DNA of 64,000 nucleotides from Eledone cirrhosa (GCA_964016885.1 OZ024760.1:18662001-18726000), one strand, 5' to 3'. Shown: positions 31,331-43,423, counted from the first letter of the stretch. Notes: generated by a model not told the origin, from the sequence alone. A program made the numbers and translations.

Positions 31331-31535
31331 CTGAAATGGTAAAATATAATATATTTCTATTATTAATGAGAATGGGGTGGTTTGAAAAAGTTGGACAAAG
31401 AGAGAAACAGTGAATATTAAATGTAACTCTACTGTGTGTATTGAGTACTGTGTTTATTTGCTTATATATGTTCAATGTTTGAATACATTTCATATTCACG
31501 TGTAATTTGCAGATAAAAAAAGTTAAGTTACATAC

Positions 31536-31664
31536 TTTTATTGGAGGTTTTCTCGTCACATGTGCAACCAGAAAGTTCATAGCAATATCCTCACAGTTTA
31601 AGTTTTTGTTGATAAAATCCCGGATGGCTGGGTTCATTATATATGTATATATATAGCTGTAATG
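31536..31664 (-). CDS. EXTL3: EXTL3-like exon 6 (HYSYIYTYIMNPAIRDFINKNLNCEDIAMNFLVAHVTRKPPIK)
   Basis: Acceptor tctgtgcag, donor gtatgt; NCEDI motif. Confidence 0.95.
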
Positions 31665-31831
31665 CTGCACAGAAACCAAAGTAATATATCATTTATTAGG
31701 AAGAAAGAACTAGATATAAACATATTGGTTTCTGATTTAGGCAGATGCTATACCATGCTGACCAGCATTCCACATCGGACACTGGAATAGTTCCTTTATT
31801 TTCCTCAGAAAATAAATATATACATATGCAC

Positions 31832-32206
31832 TAAGGTGGCCCTTATTTTTCAACTTTCCACAAGTTTAGCTCTCACACCCATATATTATTCCAATTAACA
31901 TAAAACCAAACTCTGCAAAACTTTAGTGAACAACAGCAAGGCGACCCTCATCGACCGTGAAATTTAAAAGTTTTTGCCCGGAAAGTCATTTTCTCAGATA
32001 AAAATATTTTTATCTCTTATATAATTTTCTCTTAAATTAAAAAATGATTCTGGGTATTAGAAGTATAAGTGACAATAAATATAATGGGGAAGGCAACTTG
32101 CAAAACTGGGGACAGTGCGCAGGTATAGGGCAAACACCTATTTTTCGCTGTGGGAGTAGCAAAAGTTCAATTTTCGGAAAATTAGCTATTACTAAGGGCC
32201 ACCCTA
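31832..32206. mobile_element. Non-autonomous DNA transposon with TA(A/G)GGTGGCCCTTA terminal inverted repeats (hAT-like)
   Basis: taaggtggccctta at 31832 and taagggccacccta ending at 32206; no clear target-site duplication. Confidence 0.6.
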
Positions 32207-32272
<66 letters not shown>

Positions 32273-32539
32273 CTCGCTATATATTATACTCACTATTGAG
32301 TAATATTGAGCATATATACACATATATATATTATATGTATATATATATATTCTCTCCTTACTATCCTTGCTTTCATATTTCTCCTTGCTCCCCTTTTCTC
32401 ATTGTATTTGTATATAAACAAGTACATAGATACAAGGAGAACAAGGAGAGCAATGAGAGGTTATGGCAAATATTGCTCAAGTTATGCTGGAAGCAGACAA
32501 AGGCGAAGAAGAGGAAGAAGAAAAAAATCAACTGAAGAA

Positions 32540-33216
32540 GTACATTCTGCGCCTAAATGACTTTTCTTCCTTTACAAACATAGAGTTTGTAAAGTTTTGG
32601 TATAAAAACTTTCTTCATGAGATTTTCTATCAGCATTGATTTCCTCGACAAATACCCTTCAACATGGAAGGATGATCCTGGTTACAGAAGTGGACTTGAA
32701 AAACTTGAGAAGACAGTTGTGAAAGAGGTGTCAAATTCATTCAGGATTACAATAACATTCTCACAAAAGATGAAACTGAGAAACAATTTGTTTTACAGAT
32801 TGTTACCGAAAACCGTATAACATACCCAACTGCCACTGAATCCTCTCTTATGCAAAAATAATTTTCAATATTCAGTGTTGACATTATGTTTTTGATTCTA
32901 TAGAAATTATTGTTGTAAATAAAAATGCGTTTCTCTTATAGAAGTTGTGTGCTTTATTAAGAAAACCTAATATTTCTGAAGTTTTTCATGTTATTTCAGG
33001 AGTTTTTCAAATTAACTATTGGTAAATTTAATTCAGAACGTTTTTAAACATTTGCCGGAGTTGCCTGGATGTGTCCACATAAATTTCTCTAAGAAGAAAA
33101 AAGAAAATGGTTGAACAGTATACTGCTTTTGAACAGAATTAATCATTGTGTATACTATGTCCCAACTTCAAGGTGTTTGAGGGTCGTCCGATTGAGCTGA
33201 AATTTTGCACACCCCG
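32540..33216 (+). mobile_element. Degenerate DNA-transposase C-terminal relic plus element 3' end (hATm-like)
   Basis: DFLDKYPSTWKDDPGY...(frameshift) ERGVKFIQDYNNILTKDETEKQFVLQIV..NR..YP; terminal ttttgcacacccc. Confidence 0.55.
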
Positions 33217-33796
33217 TATCTAATATACACATACACATATTGAATGAAACAAAATTTAAATGAAAAAAATGAATGAAGGAGAATTTATGAATGAAAAAGA
33301 AAACAAAATTAGAATTTGGTTTTTCGCTCTCACATAGCGGATACATAAATGCATTCATGAGTTTTATATTGATTAATAATGATTTCTACTATAGGCACAA
33401 GGTCAGTAATTTGGAGGAAGGAGAAAGTCGATTAAATCGACCCCAGTACGTTACTGGTGTTTCATTTTATCGACCCCCGTAAGGATGAAAGGCAAAGTTA
33501 ACCTCAGCGGGATTTGAACTCAGACCGTAAAGGGACGTAACTCTGTGCTGTAAAGCAGGGCGCCTGACTCTCTATCGTTACTGCCAATCCACCACACTTC
33601 AAACACCTTGAAGTTGGGACACAGTATACACAATGATTAATTCTGTTCAAAAGCGGTATACTATTCCCTATCTCGACCATTTTCTTTTTTCTTCTTAGAG
33701 AAATTTATGTGGACACATCCAGGCAACTCCGCAAATGTTTAAAAACGTTCTGAATTAAATTTACCAATAGTTAATTTGAAAAATTCCTGAAATAAT
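32995..33796. repeat. Imperfect inverted repeat, ~190-bp arms (32995-33180, 33599-33796), SINE in the spacer
   Basis: e.g. gttgcctggatgtgtccacataaatttctctaagaag versus cttcttagagaaatttatgtggacacatccaggcaac. Confidence 0.88.
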
Positions 33797-34638
33797 CAAT
33801 TAATAATTGTTTCTACTTTTGGCACAAGGCCAGCAATTACCCAGTACATTACTGGTACTTTATTTTATCGACCCCGTAAGGATGAAAGGCAAAGTTAACC
33901 TCGGCGGGATTTGAACTCAGTCCGTAAAGGGACGTAACTGTGCTGCAAAGCATGGCGTCCGACCCTCTACCGATTAATGCCAATCCACCGCCCTTTAATA
34001 ATAATATCCGTTTCGTTTGCAAGCAAACAGCCCCATTGTTGTTGTAGATGACTGTCGCCATCGTTTTGTTCAAGCAGCGGATGGTGATGGTCATCTAAAA
34101 ATATAGCGTAATGAGGCTGTTTGCTTGCAAACGAAACGGATATGGATTGGCAGTATCAGTGGAGAGTGGGACACCATGCTTTGCAGCATAGAGTTATGGC
34201 CATTTACGGTCTGAGTTCAAATCTAGCTGAGGTTAACTTTGCCCTTGATCCTTACGGGGTTGATAAAATAACGTACCAGTCACACACTTGGGTCGATTTA
34301 ATCGACTCCCCCCCCCCAAATTGCTGGCCTTGTGCCTATATAAGAAACCATTATTATTATTATTAATATTTCATCCTTACGGGGTCGATAAAATAAAGTA
34401 CCAGTAATGCACTGGGTAATTGCTGGCCTTGTGCCAAACGTAGACACAATTATTATTATTATTAATATCGGTAGAGGGTCGGACGCCATGCTTTGACGCA
34501 TAGAGTTACGGCCCTTGCCATTCTGAGTTCAAATCCTGCCGAGGTTAACTTTGCCTTTCATCCTTACGGGGTCGATAAAATAAAGTACCAGTAATGTACT
34601 GGGTAATTGCTGGCCTTTTGCCAAAAGTAGAAACAATT
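33388..34638. mobile_element. SINE cluster: two minus copies (33390-33597, 33806-33993) and plus copies (34144-34350, 34370-34450, 34467-34638)
   Basis: Same SINE core on both strands. Confidence 0.85.
34004..34143. mobile_element. 140-bp MITE-like hairpin with ~34-bp inverted termini
   Basis: atatccgtttcgtttgcaagcaaacagcc ... ggctgtttgcttgcaaacgaaacggatat. Confidence 0.7.
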
Positions 34639-34728
34639 ATTATTATTGGATATAAAACTCACGAATGAAAACGAAATTTTCTGAAAAAGAAAAAAAATGA
34701 ATAAAATTAATGAGAAAATGTTCCATAC

Positions 34729-34876
34729 CTTGTGAAAGAAACAGGCGCTGGTTAGCACCATTGATAAGCCAGCCACCTTATAGTCTCCCTTGTACAGATA
34801 CCTGTGTTCCGATTTACTCCAAGCATGGTATCGCCCCGGAAAACCAACGAGTCGATCACGATTCTGCTTCCAAATC
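34729..34876 (-). CDS. EXTL3: EXTL3-like exon 5 (IWKQNRDRLVGFPGRYHAW...SMVLTSACFFHK)
   Basis: Acceptor aattacag, donor gtatgg. Confidence 0.94.
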
Positions 34877-34930
34877 CTGTAATTATTATCCAAAAGACAA
34901 TATTAATCCTGGAGAGCGGGCGGGACAGAG

Positions 34931-35523
34931 GTCGTGACAGTGGGAGTTTGGTTCCTTTGTGTTTGAACCTGGTGGAAAGACGGAGGCCGTGACAGTGGGA
35001 GTTTGGTTCCTTTGTGTTTGAACCTGGTGGAAAGACGGAGGCCGTGACAGTGGGAGTTTGGTTCCTTTGTGTTTGAACCTGGTGGAAAGACGGAGGCCGT
35101 GACAGTGGGAGTTTGGTTCCTTTGTGTTTGAACCTGGTGGAAAGACGGAGGCCGTGACAGTGGGAGTTTGGTTCCTTTGTGTTTGAACCTGGTGGAAAGA
35201 CGGAGGCCGTGACAGTGGGAGTTTGGTTCCTTTGTGTTTGAACCTGGTGGAAAGACGGAGGCCGTGACAGTGGGAGTTTGGTTCCTTTGTGTTTGAACCT
35301 GGTGGAAAGACGGAGGCCGTGACAGTGGGAGTTTGGTTCCTTTGTGTTTGAACCTGGTGGAAAGACGGAGGCCGTGACAGTGGGAGTTTGGTTCCTTTGT
35401 GTTTTAACCTGGTGGAAAGACGGAGGTCGTGACAATGGGAGTTTGGTTCCTTTTTGTTTGAACCTGGTGGAAAGACGGAGGTCGTGACAATGGGAGTTTG
35501 GTTCCTTTGTGTTTGGACCTGGT
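34931..35523. repeat. 55-bp minisatellite (~11 copies)
   Basis: Period 55 (34934, 34989, ...). Confidence 0.95.
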
Positions 35524-35734
35524 GTATATATGTATATATATGCACACATACACACACACGCAAAACACACACACACACACATAAATATATATGCATACAT
35601 AAGCATACATGCATACATACACACACACACACTCACACACTCACATACACACATACTCTTTTACCTGTTCCAGCCATCCGGCTGAGGCCATGCTGGGGCA
35701 CCGCCCTTACTCTCTCTGTTTACCTCTCCCTCTT

Positions 35735-35821
<87 letters not shown>

Positions 35822-35969
35822 CATGCATAAATATAAGAATATATTCGGGAAAAATGAAAATGAAAAATGAAAACGAAAAAAAAAGAAAGAAATAAGTGAG
35901 GAAGGAAAAGAAAAGAATAAAAGAATAAAAGAATGAACGAATGAAAGAAGAATGAATGAATGATATTAC

Positions 35970-36097
35970 CTGAACGCCAACATAATACTTTCTTTTGGTA
36001 GAGTCTTATCATCATCAATGGTCAAAATAGCATCAGTTCTTATGACGCCGAGTGGTTCAAATCTATTGTTTAGCGAGTTCTTACCATTTGAAACAAC
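35970..36097 (-). CDS. EXTL3: EXTL3-like exon 4 (VVSNGKNSLNNRFEPLGVIRTDAILTIDDD...AFR)
   Basis: Acceptor ccactag, donor gtaata; SLNNRF and DXD motif. Confidence 0.94.
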
Positions 36098-36306
36098 CTA
36101 GTGGATAGAGAGCAAATAGGACTAAAGATGGGTTTATTAGAATTCTATTGAAGTGTGTATACATTTTTTGGGGACACCCTGTATATACAAATATTCCCAA
36201 GAGATGTCAACATGAATTGACCTGTTATTTTTATCTAAAGACATTTTTTCCGATTCCACCCTGCCGTCCCTTCAATCTAACTTATTTCTCATTTTTCTTA
36301 TTCTTT

Positions 36307-36338
36307 CTTCTGACGAAGGACTAGCATCCGAAATTAAG
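36307..36338 (+). ncRNA. Degenerate hammerhead copy (family of 42853)
   Basis: CUU CUGACGA A GGAC-UAGC-AUCC GAAA UU AAG: stem III CG lost and one stem II mismatch. Confidence 0.5.
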
Positions 36339-36391
36339 ACCCTCTCTCTTCCTGCTATTTCAAACGTTAGCCTAATATATTCCTTCCATAT

Positions 36392-37110
36392 ACTGGCGTC
36401 CCGTCCAGGGGGAAGTCTTGTACTCACAATTGCTTCGCCCTGGACTGGTGTCCCGTCCAGGGGGAAGTCTTGTACTCACAATTACTTCGCCCTGGACTGG
36501 TGTTCCGTCCAGGGGGAAGTCTTGTACTCACAATTACTTCGCCCTGGACTGGTGTCCCGTCCAGGGGGAAGTCTTGTACTCACAATTACTTCGCCCTGGA
36601 CTGGCGTCCCGTCCAGGGGGAAGTCTTGTACTCACAATTACTTCGCCCTGGACTGGTGTCCCGTCCAGGGAGAAGTCTTGTACTCACAATTACTTCGCCC
36701 TGGACTGGTGTCCCGTCCAGGGGGAAGTCTTGTACTCACAATTACTTCGCCCTGGACTGGTGTCCCGTCCAGGGGGAAGTCTTGTACTCACAATTACTTC
36801 GCCCTGGACTGGTGTCCCGTCCAGGGAGAAGTCTTGTACTCACAATTACTTCGCCCTGGACTGGTGTCCCGTCCAGGGGGAAGTCTTGTACTCACAATTA
36901 CTTCGCCCTGGACTGGTGTCCCGTCCAGGGGGAAGTCTTGTACCCACAATTACTTCGCTCTGGACTGGTGTTCCGTCCAGGGAGAAGTCTTGTACTCACA
37001 ATTACTTCGCCCTGGACTGGTGTCCCGTCCAGGGAGAACTCTTGTACTCACAATTACTTCGCCCTGGACTGGCGTCCCGTCCAGGGAGAACTCTTGTACT
37101 CACAATCACT
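36392..37110. repeat. 52-bp hairpin-forming minisatellite (~14 copies)
   Basis: gtccagggggaagt...acttcgccctggac self-pairs in each unit; period 52. Confidence 0.95.
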
Positions 37111-37172
37111 TCACCTCAATGAAACCAGGGTGAGCACTGGCCTAATGAGCTTCTGGGTTCGAGGACAGACAT

Positions 37173-37205
<33 letters not shown>

Positions 37206-37275
37206 TAGACAAACAGACAGACAGATAGACACTCCGATTTCTTCAATTGAAAAAAAAAAAAGATCTAAGACTTAC

Positions 37276-37430
37276 ATAAATGGGTACATCAATCTTTGGA
37301 ATCAGGGTTGTATTTACGGCTTTGGAAATATCATTCCACACTAACACTATACGGTCCAAATACGGGGTATTGCGATACTCAGAGAGAATTTTGTATAAAA
37401 TATTTTCTCTCTTATACGTCATCATGACCA
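37276..37430 (-). CDS. EXTL3: EXTL3-like exon 3 (VVMMTYKRENIL...IVLVWN...IDVPIY)
   Basis: Acceptor caactag, donor gtaagt; GT64 motifs. Confidence 0.93.
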
Positions 37431-37469
37431 CTAGTTGAAGAAAGTTGACAAGAAAGAAATTATGAGACG

Positions 37470-37800
37470 ATGTATGTATGTATGTATGTATGTATGTATG
37501 TATGTATGTATGTATGTATGTATGTATGTATGTATGTATGTATGTATCTATGTATGTATGTATGTATGTATCTATGTATGTATGTATGTATGTATGTATG
37601 TATCTATGTATGTATGTATGTATGTATGTATGTATGTATGTATGTATCTATGTATGTATGTATGTATGTATGTATGTATGTATCTATGTATGTATGTATG
37701 TATGTATGTATGTATGTATGTATGTATGTATGTATCTATGTATGTATGTATGTATGTATGTATGTATCTATGTATGTATGTATGTATGTATGTATGTATC

Positions 37801-37831
<31 letters not shown>

Positions 37832-38205
37832 CTATGTATGTATGTATGTATGTATGTATGTATGTATCTATGTATGTATGTATGTATGTATGTATGTATG
37901 TATGTATCTATGTATGTATGTATGTATGTATGTATGTATGTATGTATCTATGTATGTATGTATGTATGTATGTATGTATGTATGTATGTATGTATGTATC
38001 TATGTATGTATGTATGTATGTATGTATGTATGTATGTATGTATGTATGTATCTATGTATGTATGTATGTATGTATCTATGTATGTATGTATGTATGTATC
38101 TATGTATGTATGTATGTATGTATCTATGTATGTATGTATGTATGTATGTATGTATGTATGTATGTATGTATGTATGTATGTATCTATGTATGTATGTATG
38201 TATGT
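37470..38205. repeat. (TATG)n tetranucleotide array
   Basis: Direct inspection. Confidence 0.97.
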
Positions 38206-38209
38206 ACAA

Positions 38210-38600
38210 CCTGTCCCATGGTCGGGTCGTTGGCGACTAAACTGGCAACCCCACCAAGGTTTCTTGGTGAGGAGGGTGACTTTGGACATCATGCAGGACT
38301 AAAAACAAAACCTGTCAAAGGGCAAAGGAGCTCTTAAGAGTCAATGGCCATCCAAAATCACCGGGAGAGATGACCCCTTAGCCTTTGTCAAGGCAGAATT
38401 CTAGGAGAAGGAAAACTCTGATATAACACCTGCAACCCTGATGGTATCCAATGATGTTGACTTGTTCTTCTTTTTGGTAAATATCATCTTGGTTATGAGA
38501 GTGGGACTGGCTTTGTGCAGTGCCTTTGCTCACTATAAAAGCTTCACGGCACAGGCATTGCTTTATATCTGGAGATCTCTCTGCACTTGTCATCACATGG
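38210..38600 (+). mobile_element. Interspersed repeat, second diverged copy at 43540-43895
   Basis: Shared caccaag.t.tcttggtgaggagggtga..ttggaca.catgcagga...aactctga...gagagtggga.tgg...cacaggcattgctt. Confidence 0.65.
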
Positions 38601-38999
38601 TACCATGGGCCCAGCAGTATGTGTCAATAATTGTCACAAGTGTAGTGTTTGTACCAGAGTTTTCAAGTCGCTGGCTGGACTAAAAAGTCACACTTGTTCA
38701 GCGCATTGGTGGGGGTTCTCCTACATGGATATAAAGTAGTGACCGTACTCGAAAACGAGTTGGCAGCCACCATGTATGTATGTATGTATGTATGTATATA
38801 TGTATGTATGTATATCTTCCAACTTCCTCTTTGCCCTAAATTTACTCTTTACTGATGGAAGACCAACGTTCGATACGTTGAAAAAGAGATTGATTTGATA
38901 AGCTCTAGCCACACCAAAAATCAGCTTTATACATATAAATTCGAAAATTTAAAGAATCTTTAGTTTTCTAGTATAAATGCCTTTCCTTAATGGACTAAA

Positions 39000-39350
39000 G
39001 TGAAGATGCGTGGCTTAGTGGTTAGAGAGTGAGATTTGCAATCGTGAGGTTGCGAGTTCAATTCTCGGACCAGGTGATGCATTATGTCCTTGAGCAAGAC
39101 GCACACACACACACACACACGCACATATATATATATATATGCGTTATGTCCTTGAGCAAGACACTTTATTTCACACTACTCATTCTGCCAGGAGTTGCCA
39201 CCTGTAGATAGTATCAGCAACGGAAAGACCAATGGAAACATTGTTTCCTTGGTCTGATTTAACGAGGTCCACTCCACTTGGCAAGCGAGTGAGGTCTGGG
39301 ATCTTGTCGATCGACCAGAGCAAGCGAGTGGACTCAAAACTTTCTCTCTG
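39000..39350 (+). mobile_element. Second tRNA-derived SINE family; related copy at 58770-58965
   Basis: gtggcttagtggttag (A box), gagttcaattc (B box), tgtccttgagcaagacactttatttcac core. Confidence 0.7.
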
Positions 39351-39404
39351 GATACTAAAATGCTTCCCTACCCTCGTTACAGACTAAGAAACTTAAATAT
39401 TTAC

Positions 39405-39440
39405 CGGTGAACTTCTCTTGTGGCCAACTTCTTCCAGGAC
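39405..39440 (-). CDS. EXTL3: EXTL3-like exon 2 (36 nt, SPGRSWPQEKFT)
   Basis: Acceptor ttattctcag, donor gtaaat; matches the EXTL3 P.EQFT motif at the start of GT64. Confidence 0.87.
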
Positions 39441-39732
39441 CTGAGAATAAAACAGTAAAGTAATTAGCCTAGGTCAAATAATAATTGTTTCTACTTTAGG
39501 CACAAGGCCAGCAATTACCCAGTGCATTACTGGTACTTTATTTTATCAACCCGTAAGGATGAAAGGCAAAGTCAACCTCGGCGGGATTTGAACTCAGATC
39601 GTAAAGGGACGTAACTATGCTGTAAAGCATGGCGTCCGACCCCTTACCGATAGTGCCAATACACCGCTGTAATAACTGTTTCTAATTTTGGCACAAATAA
39701 TAATAATGATAATAATAATAATGATTTTTTAT

Positions 39733-40422
39733 TTAGGCACAAGACCAGCAATTTTTGGGAAGGGGAAAGTCGACCCCGTAAGGATGAAAGGCAAAGTTGA
39801 CCTCGGCGGGATTTGAACTCAGAGAGGAGAGAGCCGGAATGAATACCATAAAGCATTCTATCTGACGTTCTAACGACTGTCATTCTATCTGACGTTCTAA
39901 CGACTGTCATTCTATCTGACGTTCTAACGACTCTGTCATTTTATCTGACGTTCTAACGACTCTGTCACTCTATCTGACGTTCTAACGACTGTCTTTCTAT
40001 CTGACGTTCTAACAACGACTGTCATTCTATCTGACGTTCTAACGACTGTCATTCTATCTGACGTTCTAACGACTGTCATTTTATCTGACGTTCTAACGAC
40101 TGTCATTCTATCTGACGTTCTAACGACTGTCATTCTATCTGACGTTCTAACGACTCTGTCATTTTATCTGACGTTCTAACGACTCTGTCACTCTATCTGA
40201 CGTTCTAACGACTGTCATTCTATCTGACGTTCAAACGACTGTCATTCTATCTGACGTTCTAACGACTGCCATTCTATCTGACGTTCTAACGACTGTCATT
40301 CTATCTGACGTTCTAACGACTGCCATTCTATCTGACGTTCTAACGACTGTCATTCTATCTGACGTTCTAACGACTGTCATTCTATCTGACGTTCTAACGA
40401 CTCCCTCAACTCCCCCACCTTC
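39733..40422 (-). mobile_element. tRNA-SINE whose A-box region is amplified as a 27-bp array (~20 copies)
   Basis: Unit gtcgttagaacgtcagatagaatgaca; the array resolves into ..gaatgctttatggtattcattccggctctc..gagttcaaatcccgccgagg. An ordinary SINE lies at 39484-39665 (-). Confidence 0.88.
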
Positions 40423-40489
40423 AGTAAACATATATAAGCAAATAAAGACAGTACTCAATACTCCCAGTAGAGTTACATTTAATATTCAA

Positions 40490-40895
40490 GTGCCTCTTGT
40501 GGTTATGAAAACGGAAAAGGGAGGGGAAGGCAACGGCTCTAGGGTCACAGAAGAATGGGGAGGGGGGAAGGAGGAGGGTGATGGGCTCTGGGGCTAGGGC
40601 GCGGCAGTATTGAAGCTGCGCTTCGCGGACATGACCGCAAAGTATTCCCGCGGACAATGGCCAGCAACACCCGCTGTAACAGCTACCCTCACCTCGTAGG
40701 GTTTTGTTCTTCAGTCGGGGCTGCTGATGTTCCGACCTTGCAGTGGAGCTCGGCAGTACGGGGTCCAAGTGCGCCTGAAGTCTCGACGGTGACCAGTGCG
40801 AAGAGGAAGCGACCGGACAACCCCTGGTATTTGTTTATCTTCCTTTCCTCTGCATCGCGGGGCCGCAGTACCGGGGTTTGTGACCAAAGCGACTA
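40490..40895 (-). mobile_element. CRE-like non-LTR retrotransposon 3' fragment
   Basis: Broken frames give NPGTAA..AEERKINKYQGLSGRFLFALVTVETSGALGP, homologous to 49810-49930. Confidence 0.65.
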
Positions 40896-41279
40896 GGTTA
40901 GTGACTGTGTCAAGAAAAAATAATACCCGGGAAGGAAAACCCTGTAAAAATGAAATTGCAGCCGAATCTCCCCCAAATGATGCCCTACCATCTCTCTGGC
41001 TCTGAATTAGGCCTTGCATGCTGTTTTGTGCTATTTGGTCCATCTCTTTACGTTTTAGAAACCTACGTGATTGGTTGATATAATCCGAGGCCCTTGAACG
41101 ACTTTAACGGAGTTTACCTTTTTGCAATCGTTGTGGGTAAGGTCTCCAGTTAGAGAATACCTTTCGTTCCTACCCTTCACCAAAGGAACAATGGCACTGC
41201 CTTCCCCTTCCTCATCAAACAGCAAAAAAACAAACAAAAAAAATTTCGTCTAAATATGGTTGAAAATTGTTATACTCAC

Positions 41280-42540
41280 TAAGTTCTGGGTCGACAAATG
41301 ATATTGCCTCTGGTGGGATTCTCAGATCAAATAACGACATTTTTCCTTCTCTAAAGGAACCTGGTTGTTCATAGGTCAGATTTGGTTTCATACTTTTCGG
41401 CTGATACTTGTAGAGTATTTCAGCATGAACCGAATCGAAGCAGGGTATGGGAAGTCCTTCTCTCTGATACATTGACTCAAGTATTACCGCAAGCAATGAC
41501 TCTTGAGATGAGAAAAGCATTTCTATCACATGTCGACCTTGTTGTTTCAATCTCAAGATGTCGCTATCGGTGAAAGAAGCTACATATGGCAGGAATGTAT
41601 CTAGCTTATCGAAATTAACACTTATAAGTATATTTCTCCAGTTTATGCTGTCTTGTAATGGTAGGTATTCCTCCTCTCCGATTAGTATTGGTATGGATCC
41701 ACTTCGTAATATTTCAATTAAATGAATTTGAAAAACGGCCCAGTAAGGTCCATTAAATAAATAAGGTGGCATCATTATTACGCTAAAAGAAGAATTCGTT
41801 AAAATTTGCAATCGTTCATTCTTTGAACACTTCCAAATATCAGATGGAAAACACTCGCTAAAAACTTTTATTGGTCGCAACAAATTATTTTGACGTGTGA
41901 GATAATCAGTAAGTCTTTTAGTTTGCAATTCATATGTGTTCAATGTTCGATTAGAACCCATAAGAAATGACATCCAGTACTTTCGTTTAATGGGCCAAAA
42001 AGGAGGGAGTATTTTCCACGTCTCATTTGAATGTTTGTCATCATAAAATGGTAAAATATAATCAAATCCAGCCCTAAATTGATATAAAGGAAACTGTGGT
42101 TGAGCTACCAATGCATGATCAGGATAGAGTGGCCCTTTTTCGTTGATGTCAAAATTAATGACGATATGGTTGATTCCTGATTTCTGCCAAAATTTCAAAG
42201 ATGTTAAATTTGATCCTGGTATCCAAAAAAAAATATAAATGCAAGCATTTTTTGGCTGCTTAGTTAAATAGCTCTTTCCATAAATAGAGGTACCTGCGTG
42301 CTTATTCCAAACAGCGTTTGGGTAGACAAACGCTTTGAAATTAGAAATATTACAATTTTTAAAATTGAAACAAGTTTGCATGCTACAGAAGTTGGGTAAT
42401 TTCCTTAAGCCAATCTTTGAAAAGTTCAGTGGGCGGTTGTTAAAGTTTTTCAAGGTTTTCACGATGTAAGATTGATAAAAATACATAAATATTAGAGTCG
42501 TACCTAGTAAGGCGAATAACATTTTGTAGAACGCTTTCAT
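41280..42540 (-). CDS. EXTL3: EXTL3-like coding exon 1 (membrane anchor + exostosin GT47 domain, 420 codons)
   Basis: ATG at 42540, long open frame; donor gtgagt at 41279 (phase 1) fits the 36-nt next exon. Confidence 0.9.
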
Positions 42541-42719
42541 TTTATTTGTTATTCTGAAAACTTTCTTCTGTAGTTCAAGACCAAAAATTCTTTCATGATT
42601 TCTTTATTTCATCTAAAAGAATAAGAATAGATGAGAAAATTATACAAAATTAGAATTTTTTTCCATACGTTGACGTGTATGTGTATATATGTATGTGCGT
42701 ATGTGTATGTGCATGCATA

Positions 42720-42750
<31 letters not shown>

Positions 42751-42759
42751 GTCTCTCTA

Positions 42760-43079
<320 letters not shown>

Positions 43080-43423
43080 TTAAAATAACAGATTAAAGTT
43101 TAAGCAAAGAATCGCTGCTTTCTCCCTTAACGGGATCTTCTGAAACTAAAAAAAAATCAATCTGTGAACGCAGAAGTAAATATTTCGAAAAACCTTGAAT
43201 CCGAAGGAAAACAGGAAGGCGATACTTTCAAAACGTTCCCTGGCAATGAACGGAAAAAAACGAAGATAATACGTCATTATGTGGAGCGCAGAGAAGAATT
43301 ACACGCAAAGACAAAACCACGTTTACGGTATAAATGGAGTCGTAGACTAATATTCTATTTAGGAAACCGAATGATTCTTGGAATAATGTAAATAAAATAT
43401 ATATATGTTTCTCTCTCTCTCTC

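Larger units (their letters stand above)
31127..42540 (-). other. EXTL3: Exostosin-like 3 family glycosyltransferase gene (GT47 + GT64), 7 coding exons, 2061 nt, 686 aa; divergent and shortened
   Basis: Type II membrane anchor, then CSMQTCFNFKNC..FKAFVYP, NHIVIN, FRAGFD, PIKRKY, QQGR (exostosin GT47). Then EKFTVVMMTY, VLVWN, NSLNNRF, IDDD, RLVGFPGRYHAW, SMVLT, NCEDIAMNFLV..TRKPPIK, KVYGYMPL (GT64, EXTL3-type). Orthologue versus paralogue cannot be settled here. Confidence 0.9.

Noticed and set aside
37435-38337. MYVC-repeat ORFs
   Set aside because: (TATG)n microsatellite in an EXTL3-like intron.
38845-38889. Additional hammerhead (CTGATGG...GATACGTT)
   Set aside because: Two core positions deviate and stem II is poor; at best a dead relic.
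40711-41279. Frameshifted continuation of the EXTL3-like ORF (pseudogene hypothesis)
   Set aside because: A canonical donor at 41279 splices in phase to the 36-nt exon and restores a complete frame; the downstream short ORFs have no exostosin motifs.
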